A stretch of DNA of 5,489 nucleotides from Candidatus Hermodarchaeota archaeon (GTDB lineage: Archaea; Asgardarchaeota; Heimdallarchaeia; Hodarchaeales; Hodarchaeaceae), in the NCBI GenBank assembly GCA_048886185.1, contig JBHLKY010000063.1, positions 1 to 5,489 of the forward strand, read 5' to 3'. Numbering within the stretch: the stretch's first letter is position 1; each line of letters opens with the position of its first letter. Position numbers and translations under genes: made by a program. Shown here piece by piece: positions 1 through 4,681 of the stretch. The notes under the pieces were generated by a model. That model searched no databases. It saw only the letters and a list, made by a program, of their open reading frames with translations, and was not told where the DNA came from.

Positions 1-1388
1 TCCACTCGCCACTGATTCGTTGGACGGCCAAGAATCAGGTATGCTTGTCCTGATCCACTTCCTGCTTCCCAACTACCCTTTGCTCCAATTATTATATCAT
101 CATACCCATCTTTATTGGTATCACCAACGATCGCTACTGCATTTCCTGAGTTATACAAGTTATCTTCTCCGATAAAGGAGGCACTAGCTTCAGCTAGGTC
201 TATATCCATTTGCCATTGATTTGTTGGCCGACCGAGAATCAAGTACGTCTGACCTGCACCGACTCCTCCCTCCTCATTCCCGCTTGCTCCAATCACAATA
301 TCATCAAAACTATCATTATTAACGTCTCCAGCACCTGTTACAGCGAATCCCGAATAATCAAAGCCATCTTCCCCAATGAAAGAGGCGTTGGCTTCAGATA
401 GATCCATATCCATTTGCCATTGATTTGTTGGCCGACCGAAAATCAAGTATGTTTGGCCTGCACCAAGTCCTCCCTCATCATTCCCGCTTGCTCCAATCAC
501 AATATCATCAAAACTATCATTATTAACGTCTCCAGCACCTGCTACAGCCCGTCCTGAATAGTCAAGGCTATCTTCCCCAATGAAAGATGCATTGGCTCTA
601 GATAAATCTATATCCATTTGCCATTGGTTTGTTGGCCGACCGAGAATCAAGTACGTCTGACCTGCGCTGGATCCTCCCTCATCATTCCCACTTGCTCCAA
701 TCACTATATCATCAAAACTATCATTATTAACGTCTCCTACTCCTGCAACGGACCATCCTGAACTATCAGAATATTCTTCTCCGATAAAGGAGGCATTAGC
801 TTCAGCTAGGTCTATGTCTATTTGCCATTGATTTGTTGGCCGACCGAAAATCAGATATGTTTGGCCCGCATCATTTCCTCCCTCCTCATTCCCGCTTGCT
901 CCAATTACTATATCATCATAACCATCGTTATTAACATCACCTGCACCTGCTACCGCAAAACCAGAATTATCATGGCTATTTTCCCCAATAAAGGAAACAT
1001 CAGCTTCTGACAAGTTAATATCCATCCGCCACAGAGTAGTTGGACGACCAAAGATAAGGTAAGTTTTTCCAGCATTTTCTCCCCCCTCATTATTTGATAC
1101 TGCTCCAATTATAATATCATCATAACCATCATTATTAACATCACCCACACCCGCCACGGCCCATCCAGATATGTCCTCACTTTTTTCTCCAATGAAAGAA
1201 GCGTTAACTTTTCCTAGATTTGTATCCAAATGCCACTGATTAGCAGAGAGCTGGGGGAGTTTTGTAGTTTCATCTTTAATACATTTTATAGCTTCTGATG
1301 GGTCATTATTAGAGGTTAAAGGTTGATAGAAGTTAATTAACATTCCTAGAATGAATAGCCAAACTATCAAACATGGGATAACTTTCAT
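1..1388 (-). CDS. Secreted/surface FG-GAP repeat protein (integrin-alpha/GPI-PLD-type Ca2+-binding beta-propeller); 3' end lies outside the window
   Basis: Manual translation from ATG at 1388-1386 stays open for 462 codons to the window edge (nearest upstream in-frame stop TGA at 1424-1422). Begins MKVIPCLIVWLFILGMLINFYQPLTS (hydrophobic), followed by repeats such as ANASFIGEDSLDYSGRAVAGAGDVNNDSFDDIVIGASGNDEGGLGAGQTYLIFGRPTNQWQMDMDLSE. These carry the FG-GAP pattern (SG.aVAgaGD...IGA...aG..YLi.G) and the D-x-N-x-D-(G/S)-x-x-D Ca2+ loop. Confidence 0.95.
   Translation of the reverse strand, partial: MKVIPCLIVWLFILGMLINFYQPLTSNNDPSEAIKCIKDETTKLPQLSANQWHLDTNLGKVNASFIGEKSEDISGWAVAGVGDVNNDGYDDIIIGAVSNNEGGENAGKTYLIFGRPTTLWRMDINLSEADVSFIGENSHDNSGFAVAGAGDVNNDGYDDIVIGASGNEEGGNDAGQTYLIFGRPTNQWQIDIDLAEANASFIGEEYSDSSGWSVAGVGDVNNDSFDDIVIGASGNDEGGSSAGQTYLILGRPTNQWQMDIDLSRANASFIGEDSLDYSGRAVAGAGDVNNDSFDDIVIGASGNDEGGLGAGQTYLIFGRPTNQWQMDMDLSEANASFIGEDGFDYSGFAVTGAGDVNNDSFDDIVIGASGNEEGGVGAGQTYLILGRPTNQWQMDIDLAEASASFIGEDNLYNSGNAVAIVGDTNKDGYDDIIIGAKGSWEAGSGSGQAYLILGRPTNQWRV
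18..1241 (-). repeat. Six complete intragenic 204-bp (68-aa) tandem repeats, with a seventh starting at 17 and cut by the window edge
   Basis: The Ser codon of the SFIGE motif begins (minus strand) at 1199, 995, 791, 587, 383 and 179, an exact 204-nt period with no indels. Units begin at 1241, 1037, 833, 629, 425, 221 and 17. Long nucleotide identities exist, e.g. 274-337 is identical to 478-541. Confidence 0.97.
1311..1388 (-). other. Putative signal peptide / N-terminal membrane anchor of the FG-GAP protein
   Basis: MK followed by about 18 apolar residues (VIPCLIVWLFILGMLINF) and then a polar segment. The cleavage site cannot be assigned by eye. Confidence 0.7.
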
Positions 1389-1922
1389 CTTAAAACTATC
1401 ATGATATTTAATAATTGTTTTTCACTCCATGTTCTCAATATTGTTTTCATATATTTGATCCAAGATATAGTTTAATATTGTGATCTATTTTTAGCTTTTT
1501 TTGCAATCTTATATTTTACCATTTTCATTAAATTTAACTTCCTATAAAATCTCAAAGAAAAGATTTCAGGCAATATTGAAAGAGGATAAGACTGGATAAT
1601 ATTGGTATTAAACATTTCTGTAAATAAAATTCTTTCTTTTTTATTTATCTCATTAAAAATTCCTTTATTGTTAATTTCTAATTATATTGTAGCTTTAATT
1701 TTTATTAATTCTGTTTGAGCCTATCTAATGCCAATAATGAAAACAAATAAATAATTAATGATAAATTTAATAAAGTTTTCGAAAATAAAATAATAATTGT
1801 CTATTAATCACTTTTATTTTAGAAAGTGAAATAAAGAATGAATCAGCAATGAAAAGAAACTAATTCAATTTAATTTAGGTTTTCTATATGTTCAATGCAA
1901 ATCATAAATCAGTGATTCAACT

Positions 1923-1940
1923 AAAAATAAAATAATAAAA
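1923..1940 (-). terminator. Possible archaeal-type oligo(T) terminator for the 1960..2910 gene
   Basis: The minus strand reads TTTTATTATTTTATTTTT starting 19 nt after the TGA stop. The surrounding DNA is very AT-rich, so specificity is weak. Confidence 0.35.
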
Positions 1941-1959
1941 TGCTTTTTGTGATAATTAT

Positions 1960-2910
1960 TCATTGAGAATGATCAAATAGATCTATCTTGTTATTTCGTA
2001 GATCACGATAAAGATTTCTAACCCATTTTTCTTTCACTATTCCTTTAAGCCCCAGCCATGCCCAAAAAAAGAAATTTGACACATCTATTTCTTGTATTCG
2101 ATGATCAGGAATCTTAGTTATCGGAAGTTCCCTCCAAACTCGCTGAGATGCTAGTAAGTCATATACTGGCAATAAATCTTCTCTTATAAAAGACTCCTTC
2201 GCAGGTATCCCCAACTGCCCAATTATTTTATCAAGTTGATCTAATATTGTTTGCCAATAATCTTTCCTTTGAGACTTCTCTATAGCATCAGGTAATCCCT
2301 CTTTGAATACCATTCTTTGTAGTATAATCTTAAACTTTGTTGTATCGGGCAAAGATTTTGAAATCTCTTTGTAATGTTGAGTTATTGCCTGAGTTAATAC
2401 TTCAATTAAATCTTTGGCAAAATATCGGGATTGCGGATTATTTATAACCTCTTGATAGCATTTCAAGGCATTATTGTAACTTGAACTAAAAATTTTTTTC
2501 AGAATAGCATCAATAGAACAAAGATCAGCACTTAATTTATTAAAAACTTCCTCAATGACCCCTCGCGATGTATTGATTAAATCTTCATCTTTTCTATCAT
2601 AAATTAGGAACACAGACAACGGGGCACCATGTTCTACAATCCGTTTATCACTTGAAAATTGATTACTAATCCGCCAATTATACCATACGGTTCTATTCCC
2701 AGTTACAGCTAAGTCAGGGCCACAAAGTTCATTATAGATTGTTTTTTGTTTTTCTGTATCTAACCCCTCAATCACCCTCAATTGAAGTCGTAATGCTAGA
2801 GTGGTTAAATCCTCTTCTAAGGAATCCATGGAAAAATAATCTAGTATTATAGGACCAGAATCTATAAATGTTTGAATAAACACCTGTTGAAAAATCCTTT
2901 GCAGTGACAA
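1960..2910 (-). CDS. Hypothetical protein with an N-terminal uDENN/NPRL2-like longin domain and a helical (possibly winged-helix) C-terminus; candidate small-GTPase regulator
   Basis: 316-aa ORF from TTG 2910 (in-frame TAA just upstream at 2919-2917; alternative GTG start at 2883) to TGA at 1962-1960. Residues ~8-126 show beta1-F-x-x-x-G-P (FIQTFIDSGPIILDY), a helix, GP (ELCGPD), a strand (TVWYNWRI), a D-K-R loop, a strand (LSVFLIY) and a closing helix. This order of elements matches longin/uDENN domains as I recall them. The ORF is firm; the domain call is motif-level only. Confidence 0.6.
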   Translation of the reverse strand: MSLQRIFQQVFIQTFIDSGPIILDYFSMDSLEEDLTTLALRLQLRVIEGLDTEKQKTIYNELCGPDLAVTGNRTVWYNWRISNQFSSDKRIVEHGAPLSVFLIYDRKDEDLINTSRGVIEEVFNKLSADLCSIDAILKKIFSSSYNNALKCYQEVINNPQSRYFAKDLIEVLTQAITQHYKEISKSLPDTTKFKIILQRMVFKEGLPDAIEKSQRKDYWQTILDQLDKIIGQLGIPAKESFIREDLLPVYDLLASQRVWRELPITKIPDHRIQEIDVSNFFFWAWLGLKGIVKEKWVRNLYRDLRNNKIDLFDHSQ

Positions 2911-2990
2911 TTCAACTTACACTCTTATAAATTACATAAAATCCGACTCAACAAAGAATAAGCCATGAAATACATTATATTTGGCTACAT

Positions 2991-3038
2991 TTCTTTTCCT
3001 CTTCAAAATAGTTTTTGATGAATATAGCAGGAAAAGAA
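2991..3038. promoter_or_regulatory. Nested inverted repeat (hairpin/cruciform or operator) in the divergent intergenic region
   Basis: Perfect 10-bp arms TTCTTTTCCT (2991-3000) / AGGAAAAGAA (3029-3038) enclose a 6-bp stem TCAAAA (3003-3008) / TTTTGA (3013-3018) with a TAGT loop. The structure is seen directly; its function is inferred. Confidence 0.45.
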
Positions 3039-3076
3039 CATTCACAATTAGATTAGGTTTACATTAATCCATATTA

Positions 3077-3108
3077 TCTTAATTTTTTTATCGATAAAAT
3101 TTTTAAGA
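3077..3108. promoter_or_regulatory. 32-bp dyad, candidate operator overlapping a putative BRE/TATA of the regulator gene
   Basis: TCTTAA-TTT-TTTTATCGATAAAA-TTT-TTAAGA: a perfect 14-bp core palindrome (3086-3099) plus perfect 6-bp outer arms, so 13 of 16 symmetric pairs match. It ends 33 nt before ATG 3142. Confidence 0.6.
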
Positions 3109-3129
3109 ATATCTATTAATATTTTGGAT

Positions 3130-3134
3130 GGAGT
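3130..3134 (+). promoter_or_regulatory. Shine-Dalgarno-like GGAGT upstream of ATG 3142
   Basis: GGAGT lies 7 nt before ATG 3142, which favours this start over the ORF-track TTG at 3124. Confidence 0.5.
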
Positions 3135-3141
3135 AAAAGGT

Positions 3142-4668
3142 ATGTCAGGGCGTAAAGAAGAGAAGTTACGATCTGTTGAAGAGAGAGATCCTGCTAATGC
3201 ATATTTAGAACCAATCCCAGCTAATTCTTTTCTTAGAGCTCGCTTATTGAGATTATTCACTCAAGCGGGATTGGCAGACCTTGAAGCTCAAATATTGTTA
3301 TCTATAATTCTTCATGGGGGAAAAATGAAAACAACCTCTTTAGCAAGAGATCTAGATATTACTATATATCGTCTTCTTTCAGGTCTTCCAACTCTGGAGG
3401 TACTTGGTTTAACATCAATCTCACACCACCGTCCAAAAACTGTGATTTTGACGATTCCTTTGGAGGATATAATCCAGAGATTAGCGCTCCAAAAACTTGG
3501 TTCACAAATTAGGAGTACTCCTCAAGAAGCTCACGATCTTCTAAACAGGATTCACTTGGAATGTATTAATCATAAGGAAAATGACACTCTTAAAACTCTA
3601 ATCAATTATTATCAGAGTTTAAGGAGTCTTAAAAACCGCGTTAAGTCCATTTTTCACATTACAGATTTTGCATTTTCCTCTTTATTTCTCCAGAGTAATG
3701 AGAGCTTCATATTAGCTTCTCTAATCAAGGAAGGAGGTTATGTAGCCAAACGAAATTTCTTTAAAGAGATCATCAAACCTTTTAAGAGGGAGGATTTCCG
3801 AATTGATCTTTCAGATTTAAAGAAAGATTTAAAATATTTAGGATATTCTAATGGAGAACAAACGAAAATTGCTTCTCAAATAAAATTATATTTTGAAGAG
3901 GGAACGAATCGAATAACAATATCTGGAGAAAAAGACTTTAATATAATATTAAATAATTTAAGCCCCTTTTGTCAAACCATTTTCAGTGGATCAACAAAAG
4001 AACACGAATCCGAGAATGGACGTCATCCAAAAGCAACTGTTGCTCTTGTGCTAGTAAAATCACTAGATGAGATCGCAGATTCTCTTCACAAACCTGTTAA
4101 AGAGTTTTATTCTGTTCATAAGGATGACATTCAGCATTTAGAATATGCAATGAAGTATGTAAAATTCATTGATCCTGAAATCTTTCAATCAACTTTAAAT
4201 TCATATGATTCTTTTATTAAAAGGTTGGATAGGGAGTTAAAATATGTGAAATATGTTAGAATAAATGTCTTCCATGATAGATATCTAGAATTTATTTTAT
4301 CACGAATAATTGATAGTGAAAATAAGAAATTTCGCCTTGAATTCATTGTTAATGAAGAATTACACGATAAATTTATCAATGTTATACAGAAAGAATTACG
4401 AGCAGGATATATGACACGAGGAATCCTTCTAAATGATAGTGTTGTTTTTCTTCCAGTTTTTGAGATATTAGACGGAAATCTTATCATTATGACATACAAA
4501 GCTGAGAATAGCTGCTTAACATATTTTGAAGAGATATCGCAAAACCATCCTGCAACGTTTACTACCCTCAATAGTGATGTAGAGAATGATTTACTCCAAT
4601 TTCAAGAAATTTTTAGAAAACATCAAAATAAAGTCATACATTTAAGTAATTACATGATTAAACAGTAA
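3142..4668 (+). CDS. TrmB-family-like transcriptional regulator with tandem winged-HTH modules and a C-terminal PLD-fold effector-binding domain
   Basis: N-terminal LFTQAGLADLEAQILLSIILHGG-KMKTTSLARDLDI...GLPTLEVLGL...RPKTVILTIPLEDII fits the TrmB wHTH pattern (lGl..Ea.il..L..g...a.elA..l.i...L..L..lGl...P......p.e.i). A second copy is recognisable (FLQSNESFILASLIKEGG...HPKATVALVLVKSLDEI). The C-terminus (...VRINVF...RLEFIV...PVFEILDGNLII...LLQFQEIF) fits the non-catalytic PLD-like TrmB sensor domain. Alternative start TTG 3124; stop TAA 4666-4668. Confidence 0.75.
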   Translation: MSGRKEEKLRSVEERDPANAYLEPIPANSFLRARLLRLFTQAGLADLEAQILLSIILHGGKMKTTSLARDLDITIYRLLSGLPTLEVLGLTSISHHRPKTVILTIPLEDIIQRLALQKLGSQIRSTPQEAHDLLNRIHLECINHKENDTLKTLINYYQSLRSLKNRVKSIFHITDFAFSSLFLQSNESFILASLIKEGGYVAKRNFFKEIIKPFKREDFRIDLSDLKKDLKYLGYSNGEQTKIASQIKLYFEEGTNRITISGEKDFNIILNNLSPFCQTIFSGSTKEHESENGRHPKATVALVLVKSLDEIADSLHKPVKEFYSVHKDDIQHLEYAMKYVKFIDPEIFQSTLNSYDSFIKRLDRELKYVKYVRINVFHDRYLEFILSRIIDSENKKFRLEFIVNEELHDKFINVIQKELRAGYMTRGILLNDSVVFLPVFEILDGNLIIMTYKAENSCLTYFEEISQNHPATFTTLNSDVENDLLQFQEIFRKHQNKVIHLSNYMIKQ

Positions 4669-4681
4669 TAAGTGGTTGATT

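Noticed and set aside
210-401. ORF-track 63-aa plus-strand ORF
   Set aside because: Antisense shadow of the FG-GAP gene. Its similarity to 822..1010 only reflects the 204-bp repeat (offset 612).
822-1010. ORF-track 62-aa plus-strand ORF
   Set aside because: Same antisense shadow. No SD, and the minus frame carries the recognisable protein.
18-1241. Repeats read as a CRISPR array or as DGR template/variable repeats
   Set aside because: The 204-bp units are contiguous, in frame and protein-coding, with no unique spacers. No cas or reverse transcriptase gene is in the window, and I saw no evident adenine-only mismatch pattern (not formally tallied).
1-1241. Higher GC of the FG-GAP gene as a horizontal-transfer signal
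   Set aside because: Can be explained by the Gly/Ala-rich repeat composition. No integrase, tRNA, terminal repeats or target-site duplication was seen.
1385-1430. Tiny minus-strand uORFs (ME*, and MIVLR* overlapping the start codon) before the FG-GAP gene
   Set aside because: Too short to distinguish from chance in AT-rich DNA.
1776-1938. Short palindromes TTTTCGAAAA (1776-1785) and AATCAGTGATT (1907-1917); direct repeat AAAATAAAATAATAA (1782-1796, 1924-1938)
   Set aside because: Short or low-complexity; expected at this base composition.
1441-1959. AT-rich spacer as a replication origin or MITE
   Set aside because: No ORB/G-string motifs, no adjacent cdc6/orc1, and no terminal inverted repeats found.
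2911-3141. Thermococcales TGM motif (TATCAC-N5-GTGATA) as the regulator's site
   Set aside because: No match found in the intergenic regions.
3048-3260. ORF-track 70-aa minus-strand ORF
   Set aside because: Overlaps the regulator's start antisense and runs through its promoter dyad; no recognisable motif.
4185-4571. ORF-track 128-aa minus-strand ORF
   Set aside because: Entirely antisense to the regulator's PLD-like domain; no family features.
4177-4623. Active PLD/HKD nuclease (defence effector) reading of the C-terminal domain
   Set aside because: The catalytic H-x-K position reads L-x-V. The only H-D-K (res 414-416) lacks the downstream Asp and lies in a predicted helix.
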